DNA of 38,472 nt from Methanobacteriota archaeon (GCA_027064305.1 JAMOPY010000030.1:1-38472); one strand, 5' to 3'; counted from the stretch's first letter, positions 9,712 through 16,918 are shown. The notes: generated by a model not told the origin, from the sequence alone. A program made the numbers and translations.

Positions 9712-10001
9712 TCCCCGGACTCCCTCAGCGTTCGCTCGCACTCCGGGCACAGCGGCGCGTTCCGCCGGAGCCTCCGACCGCACCGGGCGCACCTCGGGGG
9801 CCGCAGCAGGATCTCCCTGACCTCGCCCTCGGAGAGGTCGAACAGCCGCGCCAACACGCTTATACGCACGCCCGCCTCGTACAGCTCCCTCACCTGATAG
9901 TCCCGGAAGCGGCGCAGCCGCTCGAGGTAGGACCGCCGAACGGGCTCGTGCCGAGGCGCCCGGAGCCCGCACCGGCTCAGCTTGATCGTCTCACGGGACA
10001 C
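9708..10001 (-). CDS. Small HTH plus C4 zinc-ribbon protein
   Basis: VRELYEAGVRISVLARLFDLSEGEVREIL (HTH-like) then CARCG-x8-LCPEC. Confidence 0.65.
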   Translation of the reverse strand: MSRETIKLSRCGLRAPRHEPVRRSYLERLRRFRDYQVRELYEAGVRISVLARLFDLSEGEVREILLRPPRCARCGRRLRRNAPLCPECERTLRESGE

Positions 10002-10018
10002 CGGAGGGGCACCCCCGG

Positions 10019-10984
10019 TTGAGCGTGACGGTGGAGCTGATCGAGGGACTGGCGGAGATCCTCCTCGGATCCTGGGTGTTCACCAACGCCGTGGAGTGGC
10101 TCGGGTACCGGTTCAAGCTACCCTCGGGCTTCCTGGGCAGCTTCGTGGCGGCCGTGGCCACCGCCCTCCCGGAGACCCTGGTCCCCATCGTCGCCCTCCT
10201 CACGGGGTGCCGGGAGGGGGTGGCGATCGGCGCCATCCTCGGCGCCCCACTCATGCTCTCCACCCTGGCCATGGGGATGGGCGGTATCACCGTCGCGCTC
10301 GCCCACGCCCTCGGGTACCGGGACTCCCCCCACGTCCGGTGCGACCAGCTCCGGCTCGACGCGCCGCACTTCCTCGCCGCCTACTCGCTCGCCCTCCTCG
10401 CCACCGTGTTCAACCACCGAACCCTGAGGTGCGCGGTCGCGATCACCCTGCTCCTCCTGTACGCCCGATACCTCCGACGGCTGATGCGGGAGGGCGCGCC
10501 GCCGGAGGCCCCGTCCATCCCGCTGCGGGTGGCGAACCCCGTCGCGGCGGCCGCCCTGGCGGCCCTCCTCATCGTCGCCTCCGTGGCCCTGATGGTCCTC
10601 GGCGCGGAGGGGTTCGCCCGGGGCGTGGAGGCGCTGTCCCTGAGCCTCGGGCTCAGCCCGCTGCTCGTCTCCTCCCTGCTCACCCCGGTGGCCACGGAGC
10701 TGCCGGAGAAGGTGAACAGCGTGATCTGGTACGCCCGGGGCCGGGACCGCCTCGCCCTGGGGAACGTGACGGGGGCCATGGTGTTTCAGGCCACGTTCCC
10801 GGTCTCCATCGGCCTGACGCTCACGGGGTGGAGCCTCTCGACCCGGGACCTGGCGTACCTGGCGGTGCCCATGATCGCCGTGCTGGCGCTCTACGTGCGG
10901 GGTCGTCGGGGCCGGCTGGACTGGCCGAGCATGGTGGCGGTGTCCTTCCTTTACCCCGTCCCCGCGCTGGTCTCGTCGGGTTGA
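10019..10984 (+). CDS. Cation/Ca2+ (CaCA family) antiporter
   Basis: Two alpha-repeats ATALPE...GAILGA and ATELPE...GNVTGA; many hydrophobic segments. Confidence 0.9.
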   Translation: MSVTVELIEGLAEILLGSWVFTNAVEWLGYRFKLPSGFLGSFVAAVATALPETLVPIVALLTGCREGVAIGAILGAPLMLSTLAMGMGGITVALAHALGYRDSPHVRCDQLRLDAPHFLAAYSLALLATVFNHRTLRCAVAITLLLLYARYLRRLMREGAPPEAPSIPLRVANPVAAAALAALLIVASVALMVLGAEGFARGVEALSLSLGLSPLLVSSLLTPVATELPEKVNSVIWYARGRDRLALGNVTGAMVFQATFPVSIGLTLTGWSLSTRDLAYLAVPMIAVLALYVRGRRGRLDWPSMVAVSFLYPVPALVSSG

Positions 10985-10996
10985 CCCCGGGCGCCT

Positions 10997-11019
10997 ATCG
11001 TTACGATTATTATAACGAT
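10997..11019. repeat. 23-bp imperfect palindrome downstream of tRNA-Ile2 (copy 1)
   Basis: ATCGTTACGATTATTATAACGAT; near-identical to 14022-14044 when read in tRNA orientation. Confidence 0.85.
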
Positions 11020-11027
11020 CCGGGCGG

Positions 11028-11102
11028 TGGGCCCGCCGGGATTTGAACCCGGGACCACGGGGTTATGAGCCCCGCGCTCTGACCGGACTGAGCTGCGGGC
11101 CC
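11028..11102 (-). tRNA. tRNA-Ile2 (CAU anticodon), genomic C8
   Basis: Cloverleaf GGGCCCG-CA-GCTC..GAGC-G-CGGGG-CT CAT AA-CCCCG-TGGTC-CCGGG TTCAAAT CCCGG-CGGGCCC-A; GGGCCCG acceptor typical of archaeal Ile2 rather than Met; CCA not fully encoded (CCG). Confidence 0.9.
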
Positions 11103-11144
11103 GGGCCCCCGGTACGCCGGCGTTATCGCCGTCAAAAGTCTTGC

Positions 11145-11213
11145 GCGGATGGGGAGTTCAGCCTTGGGCGACCCGGGGCGCCGGGGATGAGCGGAGGCGG
11201 ACTTCCCGACCGC
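11145..11213 (+). ncRNA. Box C/D 2'-O-methylation guide sRNA
   Basis: Terminal stem GCGG/CCGC; degenerate box C ATGGGGA 11149; guide GTTCAGCCTTGG; D' GCGA; stem CCCGG/CCGGG; C' ATGAGCG; guide GAGGCGGACTTC; D CCGA. Confidence 0.7.
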
Positions 11214-11271
11214 CCCACTTTCGAACGACTTATGCGGTCGCGGCCCGGGGACGGGCGGGGGTGGGTCGACG

Positions 11272-11586
11272 GTGTCGGAGCCCGTGCGGGAGCTGCTGCC
11301 CGAGCTGATGGGTCGGGTCCGCGAGGAGCTGGAGCCCGGCGAGCTGGCCCGGGCGATCCACGAGGAGCTGGAGCGGTTCGGGGAGGACTTCCGGGACCGG
11401 TACCTGGAGCGGCTCTCCGAGGCGGGGGTGGACGTGGACGAGTACCGGTTCCTGGTCGACGCCGTGTGCCGCTCGGTGGAGCGGGCGCTGAAGGACACGC
11501 GCTGGATCCTGGGCATGGTGGCCGAGCGGAGCTCCGAGCGCCTGCTGGAGCGCCTGGAGGAGCACCTGAAACTGAAGGAGGAGTAG
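11272..11586 (+). CDS. Hypothetical acidic helical protein
   Basis: 104 aa ORF, GGGGTG SD, typical codon usage; resembles the next ORF. Confidence 0.75.
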   Translation: MSEPVRELLPELMGRVREELEPGELARAIHEELERFGEDFRDRYLERLSEAGVDVDEYRFLVDAVCRSVERALKDTRWILGMVAERSSERLLERLEEHLKLKEE

Positions 11587-11598
11587 GGGCGGGATCCG

Positions 11599-11991
11599 AT
11601 GGCCGAGCGCCGGATGGTGTCGACGGACGAGGTCCGGGAGCGGCTCCTGGACCGCCTGATGAACCTGTGGTTCGAGGTGTACCTCTCGGAGCGGCTGGAG
11701 GTGGACGAGGACGCGGTGCGCGAGGCGATCGACACCGAGCTGCGGGAGCGCTTCGTGCCCGCCCTGTCCGACCGCGCCTGCGGCCTGCTGGAGGACTACC
11801 TGGAGGAGGAGATGTCGCGGGCGAGCCTCAGCCCGCCGGCGGACCCGGACGAGCTCGAGGAGACGCTGAACCTGGTGCTGGAGGTCGCCGACGAGGTGCT
11901 GCAGGAGGACCTGGAGCGGGTGGCCGAGCGGGCCGCCAGCCGGGCCTCGTCGCTGCTGCAGGACGCGATCCGGCGCGCCCTAACCCGATGA
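11599..11991 (+). CDS. Hypothetical acidic helical protein
   Basis: 130 aa ORF 12 nt after the previous stop; typical codon usage. Confidence 0.75.
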   Translation: MAERRMVSTDEVRERLLDRLMNLWFEVYLSERLEVDEDAVREAIDTELRERFVPALSDRACGLLEDYLEEEMSRASLSPPADPDELEETLNLVLEVADEVLQEDLERVAERAASRASSLLQDAIRRALTR

Positions 11992-12792
11992 GCGCCGCTC
12001 GTACCCCTCCCGCGCCCCCTCCGCCAGCCGCTCCGCGAGCTCCCTCACGCCCTCCTTCGCCTCCTCCAGGTCCTCCGACTCGTGGATGACGTCGATGAAG
12101 GCGGAGCCCACGATCGCCCCGTCCGCGCCCGCCGCCACGACCTCCCGCACGTGCCACCGCTTCGAGATCCCGAAGCCCACGGCGATGGGCACGTCCACGT
12201 AGCCCCGGACCCAGCGCACCAGCTCGAGCGTCCCCTCGGACAGGTCCTCCCGCGCCCCCGTGACCCCGTACCGGGAGATCACGTACACGAAGCCCGAGGC
12301 CCGCTCCCCGATCCTCTCGAGGCGCTCCTCGGTCGTGGAGGGGGCGACGAGGTAGATCACGTCGAGGTCCAGGTCCCGGGCCACCCGCCACACCTCGTCG
12401 GACTCCTCCACGGGCATGTCCGCGACGAGGATCCCCGATACGCCCGCCTCCGCCGCCGCCTCCAGGTACCGCCGGATCCCGTTCGCGTGCAGCGTGTTGT
12501 AGTAGCACAGGAGCACCACGGGCGCGAAGTCGGCAACCTCCTCCGCGACCTCCAGGCAGTCCCAGGGCGTGACCCCCGCCCGCAGCGCCTCGTCCACGGC
12601 CCGCTGGATCGTCGGCCCGTCCGCGATGGGCTCGGAGAAGGGCACGCCGAGCTCCAGGATGTCCACGCCGCCCCGGCACATCGCCCGGGCCAGCTCGACC
12701 GTCTCCTCCAGCCCCGGGTACCCGCAAGTTAGGTACCCGATCAACGCCCCGCGGCCCTCCCGGTGCACCCGCCGAAAGACCCGCTCGAGCAC
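11980..12792 (-). CDS. trpA: Tryptophan synthase alpha chain
   Basis: LELGVPFSEPIADGPTIQRA, YVISRYGVTG, AVGFGIS, ADGAIVGSA; GTG 12792 preferred over TTG 12819, which lies inside a C/D sRNA. Confidence 0.96.
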   Translation of the reverse strand: MLERVFRRVHREGRGALIGYLTCGYPGLEETVELARAMCRGGVDILELGVPFSEPIADGPTIQRAVDEALRAGVTPWDCLEVAEEVADFAPVVLLCYYNTLHANGIRRYLEAAAEAGVSGILVADMPVEESDEVWRVARDLDLDVIYLVAPSTTEERLERIGERASGFVYVISRYGVTGAREDLSEGTLELVRWVRGYVDVPIAVGFGISKRWHVREVVAAGADGAIVGSAFIDVIHESEDLEEAKEGVRELAERLAEGAREGYERRSSG

Positions 12793-12802
12793 GCGCTCGT
12801 CC

Positions 12803-12869
12803 CCCGGATGATGTGTCAACCGGGTCTACGAGGCGCGACCGATGAAGAGTGGGAGCGGTGGCTGACGGG
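12803..12869 (+). ncRNA. Box C/D 2'-O-methylation guide sRNA
   Basis: Stem CCCG/CGGG; box C ATGATGT 12808; guide GTCAACCGGGTCT; D' ACGA; C' ATGAAGA 12842; guide GTGGGAGCGGTGG; D CTGA 12862. Confidence 0.8.
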
Positions 12870-12870
12870 A

Positions 12871-13833
12871 TTAATCGATCGCGGCTCCCGCCAGCACCCC
12901 GACCGCGTACGCCACGGCGTTGGCCGTCCGCATCGGCTCCGCCGTCGTCGGCCCCAGGTGCACCAGCGCGTCCGCCAGCCGCTTCGCCCGCCGGCTGAGC
13001 CCCTCCCGCTCCGAGCCCACGAGCAGGCACACCCGCTCCCCCGACCGCGCCAGCCGCACCAGCCGCTCCTCCCCCTCCGACCCCGTGGGGTGCAGCCCCA
13101 CCACCACGTCGAACCCCTCCACCGCCCGCTCCAACTCGTCCACCACCCGCAGGTCCACCAGGGACGCCGCCCCCATCTTCTCCCGCGCCCGCTCCAGACT
13201 CTCCCCCCGCGGCCGCACCAGGATCAGCCCACCCAGCCCCAGCGCCGCCGTCACCCGGATCAGGTCCGCGATCTCGTACTCCAGCTCCGGCCGCTCGCAG
13301 CAGACGTACACGTGCCGGAACGCGTCCGCCGGCAACCACCGCCGGCTCGGCTCCCGCAGCGTCGCCGGGGTCACCCCGATCAGGAACCCTTCCCCCGACA
13401 CGTGCACGTCCACGTACCGGTCCGGGTTGTCCAGGTCCACCGAGGCCCCCGTCTCCTCCCGCACCGCGTCCCCCACCGCCTGCGCGAGGTCCCGGGACGT
13501 GTAGGGCAGCGTCTTGTCCAGCCGCCGCGCGTCCACGGCGAACGTCTCGTCCGGACGGATCCGACCCCGCACCGCCTCCCGCGCCCGCTCCACCACGGTC
13601 TCCAGGTCCGGGGAGGACCCCTCCGCCCGCACGAGGATCACCCGCGAGACCTCCGGGAACTCCCGGCGCAGGGCGTCCACGTCCCCCGGTCCCTCCACCA
13701 CCACCCGCAACCGCCGCACGGGCTTCAGCGGGTCCGGGCGCGCCCGCAGCCCCAGCCGCCGCTCGATCTCCCGGGCCACGCGCTCCGTGTCCTCCGGCCG
13801 AACGTCCGGGGTCAGCGTCACCAGCGCCTCCAA
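12871..13833 (-). CDS. THUMP domain - SPOUT (SpoU/TrmH-like) RNA methyltransferase fusion
   Basis: THUMP: TFAVDARRLDKTLPYTSRDLAQAVG...VDLDNPD; SPOUT: VCCERPE..EIADLIRVTAALG, CLLVGSEREGLS, PMRTANAVAYAV; TTG 13833 follows GGGGTG. Confidence 0.8.
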   Translation of the reverse strand: MEALVTLTPDVRPEDTERVAREIERRLGLRARPDPLKPVRRLRVVVEGPGDVDALRREFPEVSRVILVRAEGSSPDLETVVERAREAVRGRIRPDETFAVDARRLDKTLPYTSRDLAQAVGDAVREETGASVDLDNPDRYVDVHVSGEGFLIGVTPATLREPSRRWLPADAFRHVYVCCERPELEYEIADLIRVTAALGLGGLILVRPRGESLERAREKMGAASLVDLRVVDELERAVEGFDVVVGLHPTGSEGEERLVRLARSGERVCLLVGSEREGLSRRAKRLADALVHLGPTTAEPMRTANAVAYAVGVLAGAAID

Positions 13834-13850
13834 CGCGGCGCACCCCACGT

Positions 13851-13862
13851 AACCTTTTTTAG
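13851..13862 (+). promoter_or_regulatory. Probable TATA region of the tRNA-Met / THUMP-SPOUT divergent promoter
   Basis: AACCTTTTTTAG about 36 nt upstream of the tRNA 5' end. Confidence 0.4.
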
Positions 13863-13897
13863 CCACCCACAAAAGGCGACCGGACGGCCCGCTGGAG

Positions 13898-14015
13898 GCC
13901 GGGGCAGCTTAGCCTGGTAGAGCGCGGGGCTCATAGGGCCCGATGACCCGGGGCGAGGGGGACTCGGGCCTGGGATACCCCGAGGTCCCGGGTTCAAATC
14001 CCGGCCCCGGCACCA
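13898..14015 (+). tRNA. Elongator tRNA-Met (CAU) with 41-nt intron (13936-13976), genomic C8, CCA encoded
   Basis: Acceptor GCCGGGG/CCCCGGC-A-CCA; anticodon CAT 13932-34; canonical 37/38 bulge-helix-bulge: CTCA/TGGG helix, bulges TAG and ATA, outer helix GGCCCGA/TCGGGCC. Confidence 0.95.
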
Positions 14016-14021
14016 CCGGGA

Positions 14022-14044
14022 ACCGTTACGAAAATCGTAACGAT
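14022..14044. repeat. 23-bp palindrome downstream of tRNA-Met (copy 2)
   Basis: ACCGTTACGA-AAA-TCGTAACGAT. Confidence 0.85.
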
Positions 14045-14059
14045 ACGGGGCTGAGGTCG

Positions 14060-15130
14060 TTGCCCCGCGCCGCCGACCTCCGACTGGTTCGCTGCCCCCC
14101 ACCCCGACACTTCCCCGAGATGGTCCGACTCTCCCGCGAGCTCTTCCGCCTCATTGTCGAGGAGCACGGGACCGAGGGCGCCCTCCGCCGCCTCGCCGAC
14201 CCCCGCTGGTTCCAATCCCTCGCCTGCCTCCTGGGCTACGAGCGGGACACCTCCGGCAGCACGACCGTCGTCACCGCCGCCCTCCGCGAGGCCCTGGACC
14301 CCGAGGAGCACGGGCTCACCCTCGTCGGCGGGAAGGGCCGGCTGGGGCTCCGAACCCCGGAGCTCATCCGCGAGCGGGCCGAGGCGCTCGACGTGGACCC
14401 CGAGCCCCTGATCGACGCCAGCCGGCTCGCGGCCAAGTCCGACACGGTCTGCCTGCAGGACGGGCACGACCTCTACCACCACACGATCGCCTTCGACGAG
14501 TCGGGCCGCTGGGTCGTGATCCAGCAGGGGATGAACCCGGAGGCGCGCACCGCCCGCCGGTACCACTGGAGCTGGCGGGAGGCGGAGCGCTTCACCGAGC
14601 GGCACCCCGTGGCCGCCAGCGCGCCCGCCGACGTGCTCTCCCTCCAGGGGGACCGACCGGCCGGGTGTCGCCGGGCGATCCTGGACCTGGTCTCCGAGGG
14701 ACCGGACCGGGTCCTGCGCGAGTGGAGGAGGGTGCGGGCCGCGATCCGCGGGCCCCTGGACCGGTTCCTCGACGCGGACCGCGGGGTGGAGGTGCCGGAG
14801 GGGATCCTGCGCCGCCTGCCGCGCCGGCTGGACCGGGGGGCGCTGGAGCGGCTGTACGAGCGGGACCCCGAGGACTTCACGGACCTCCTGCGAACGCGCG
14901 GGGTCGGACCCTCGCTCACGCGGGCCCTGGCCCTGATCGCGGAGGTGGTGCACGGGGAGGGGCCCGACTACCGGGACCCGGCGGAGTACACGCTCGCGTT
15001 CGGGTGCAAGTCCGGGGACCCGTTCCCCGTGGACCGGGAGCTCATGTCGCTGGCCGCCGAGCTCCTGGAGCGGGTGGACTCGCGCCGGCTGCGCCGGTTC
15101 CTCCGGGCGCGCGGGCCCTCCCAGTCTTAA
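14060..15130 (+). CDS. DUF763 family protein
   Basis: ADLRL, LRRLADPRWFQSL, SGSTT, SRLAAKSD..CLQDGHDLYHH, VIQQGMN..ARRYHW, GCKSGDPFPVD; TTG 14060 follows GAGGT. Confidence 0.85.
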   Translation: MPRAADLRLVRCPPPRHFPEMVRLSRELFRLIVEEHGTEGALRRLADPRWFQSLACLLGYERDTSGSTTVVTAALREALDPEEHGLTLVGGKGRLGLRTPELIRERAEALDVDPEPLIDASRLAAKSDTVCLQDGHDLYHHTIAFDESGRWVVIQQGMNPEARTARRYHWSWREAERFTERHPVAASAPADVLSLQGDRPAGCRRAILDLVSEGPDRVLREWRRVRAAIRGPLDRFLDADRGVEVPEGILRRLPRRLDRGALERLYERDPEDFTDLLRTRGVGPSLTRALALIAEVVHGEGPDYRDPAEYTLAFGCKSGDPFPVDRELMSLAAELLERVDSRRLRRFLRARGPSQS

Positions 15131-15171
15131 AATACGGGATTCCGGCGAGGAAAGCCCGGGGGGTGAGCGGG

Positions 15172-15765
15172 ATGCTGATCTGCGTGGTCGGCATGCCCGG
15201 GGCCGGGAAGGGTGAGTTCGTGCGGGTGGCGCGCGAGGAGGGCGTCCCGGTGGTTGTGATGGGGGACGCGGTGCGCCGGGAGGCGCGGCGCCGGGGCCTG
15301 GACGTGGGTGAGACCGCGCGGCGGCTGCGGGAGGAGCGCGGCATGGACGCGGTGGCCCGCCTGGTGGCGGACGAGGTGGAGCGGGAGCTGCGCCGGGTGG
15401 GCGTGGTCGTGGTGGACGGGGTGCGGAACCCGGAGGAGATCGAGTACTTCAAGAGCCGGTTCGGGGAGGAGTCCGTAGTCATCGTGGCCATCCACGCGTC
15501 CCCGGACACGCGGTTCGAGCGGCTGCGGGAGCGGGGTCGCGAGGACGACCCGGAGACGCGGCGGGAGTTCGAGGAGCGGGACGAGCGGGAGCTGGGGTTC
15601 GGCATCGGCGAGGTGATCTCCCGGGCGGACGTGATGATTGTGAACGAGCGGATCAGCCTGGGAGAGTTCCGAGAGAAGTGCCGGTCCGTGCTGCGCTCCC
15701 TGCTGAGGGGTGAGAACCCGCATGATCTCCCGGGTGGTCCTGACAACGTACGTGTACCCCACTGA
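15172..15765 (+). CDS. P-loop kinase, CoaE-like / UPF0200 family
   Basis: VVGMPGAGKG Walker A, MGDAVR, VDGVRNPEE, RGREDD, RDERELGFG. Confidence 0.85.
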   Translation: MLICVVGMPGAGKGEFVRVAREEGVPVVVMGDAVRREARRRGLDVGETARRLREERGMDAVARLVADEVERELRRVGVVVVDGVRNPEEIEYFKSRFGEESVVIVAIHASPDTRFERLRERGREDDPETRREFEERDERELGFGIGEVISRADVMIVNERISLGEFREKCRSVLRSLLRGENPHDLPGGPDNVRVPH

Positions 15766-16216
15766 GGACGAGGAGAAGGTCCTGAAGGCGCTGGGGAACC
15801 TCTTCGACCTGGACCTGTTCGAGAAGGTGGGAGAGGAGCGGCTGGGCGACGTCAAGCGGATCGAGTTCGAGTGCCGGGGCCCGCAGGCCCGGCTCTCCCT
15901 GGGCCGGCTCTACGAGCGGCTGCGGGAGCAGGAGATCCTGGACGCGGCCCGGCGCGTGCTGCGGGAGGGCGTGACCGCGGAGGGCTCCATCCTCTTCCAC
16001 CTCAACAAGCAGGCCGCGTTCGCCAACGCGGTGAGCTTCTCGGAGGGCGGGGAGTCCCCCCTGGGCCCGATCGTCGTGGAGATCTTCCCGAAGGACCCGG
16101 ACGACGTCGACAAGGTGATCGACTGGCTGGCGCCGGAGACGATCGACGGCAAGCCGATCTACGAGGTGAGGAAGCCGCGCGTGCCCAAGCGGGAGGAGGG
16201 CGGGGAGCCGGGCTGA
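15722..16216 (+). CDS. UPF0201 / DUF54 RNA-binding protein
   Basis: VYPTEDEEKVLKALGNLF, LREQEILDAAR, LNKQAAF, ESPLGPI, WLAPET. Confidence 0.85.
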   Translation: MISRVVLTTYVYPTEDEEKVLKALGNLFDLDLFEKVGEERLGDVKRIEFECRGPQARLSLGRLYERLREQEILDAARRVLREGVTAEGSILFHLNKQAAFANAVSFSEGGESPLGPIVVEIFPKDPDDVDKVIDWLAPETIDGKPIYEVRKPRVPKREEGGEPG

Positions 16217-16428
16217 GGGCGCCCGTCGGCGGCCTGAGGCTCGACCAGTTCCTCGTCGCGTCGGGCGTCGCGGAGAGTCGCCGGCGCGCCCGCGAGCTGA
16301 TCAGGCGGGGCCGGGTCCGGGTCAACGGGCGCCGGGTGACCCGGCCCTGGTGGCTCGTGTTCGAGGGGGACGAGGTGCGGGTGGGGGACACGGTCCTGCG
16401 GGTGGTGCTCGATGACGGTAACCGGTGA
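16213..16428 (+). CDS. Stand-alone S4 RNA-binding domain protein (start uncertain, possibly CTG)
   Basis: RLDQFLVASGVAESRRRARELIRRGRVRVNGRRVTRP...GDEVRV; no ATG/GTG/TTG in frame near the domain start. Confidence 0.75.
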   Translation: MRAPVGGLRLDQFLVASGVAESRRRARELIRRGRVRVNGRRVTRPWWLVFEGDEVRVGDTVLRVVLDDGNR

Positions 16429-16918
16429 GCTGCGAGAGGGGAAGGTCCTGGTCCGGAACAAGCGCCAGGCGAACCGGCTCTACTCCTCCATGTACGGCAA
16501 GCCGTCCCGGGAGGGACTCTGGCTCTGGCCCGAGGAGGCGACGTTCCTCTGCGAGGTGGGCCGCTTGGAGGTCAAAAGGGAGGGAGAGAGGCTCACGCTG
16601 GACCGGCTGATCGAGGCGTTCCTGCGAGAGGACCCGCGGTTCCCGGTCCGCTACGCCGTCTACGCGGACCTGCGGCAGCGCGGCTGGAAGCCCAAGCCGG
16701 GTCGTCGGTTCGGCACCGACTTCCGCGCCTTCCGGGGCGAGGACGAGCGGATCGCGGTGAAGGTGCTGCACGAGGAGACCGACGACTTCACGCCCGAGGA
16801 CGTCCTGCGGTGGGTGCGGTCCCTCCGGGGCACCGAGTTCGACCTCGTCGTCGCCGTCGTGGACAACGACTTCGACGTCAACTACTACGAGTTCGAGGAG
16901 CTCACCGGCTCACTCTGA
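16412..16918 (+). CDS. tRNA splicing endonuclease, structural (beta, non-catalytic) subunit
   Basis: EndA fold: LWPEEATFL, YAVYADLRQRGW, GRRFGTDFRAF; the catalytic Tyr/His/Lys positions appear absent. Confidence 0.8.
   Translation: MTVTGELREGKVLVRNKRQANRLYSSMYGKPSREGLWLWPEEATFLCEVGRLEVKREGERLTLDRLIEAFLREDPRFPVRYAVYADLRQRGWKPKPGRRFGTDFRAFRGEDERIAVKVLHEETDDFTPEDVLRWVRSLRGTEFDLVVAVVDNDFDVNYYEFEELTGSL

Noticed and set aside
11028-11102. Calling this CAU tRNA initiator or elongator Met
   Set aside because: Lacks the A1-U72 initiator pair; the acceptor matches the Ile2 type; elongator Met is at 13898
10997-14044. Integrated element (attL/attR) or Xer dif site reading of the tRNA-flanked block
   Set aside because: No integrase, no tRNA-fragment direct repeat, the cargo is housekeeping, and the 10-3-10 dyad does not match the 11-6-11 dif geometry; kept only as an unexplained motif
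13943-14059. N-terminal extension of the DUF763 ORF
   Set aside because: Overlaps tRNA-Met; family similarity and an SD begin at TTG 14060
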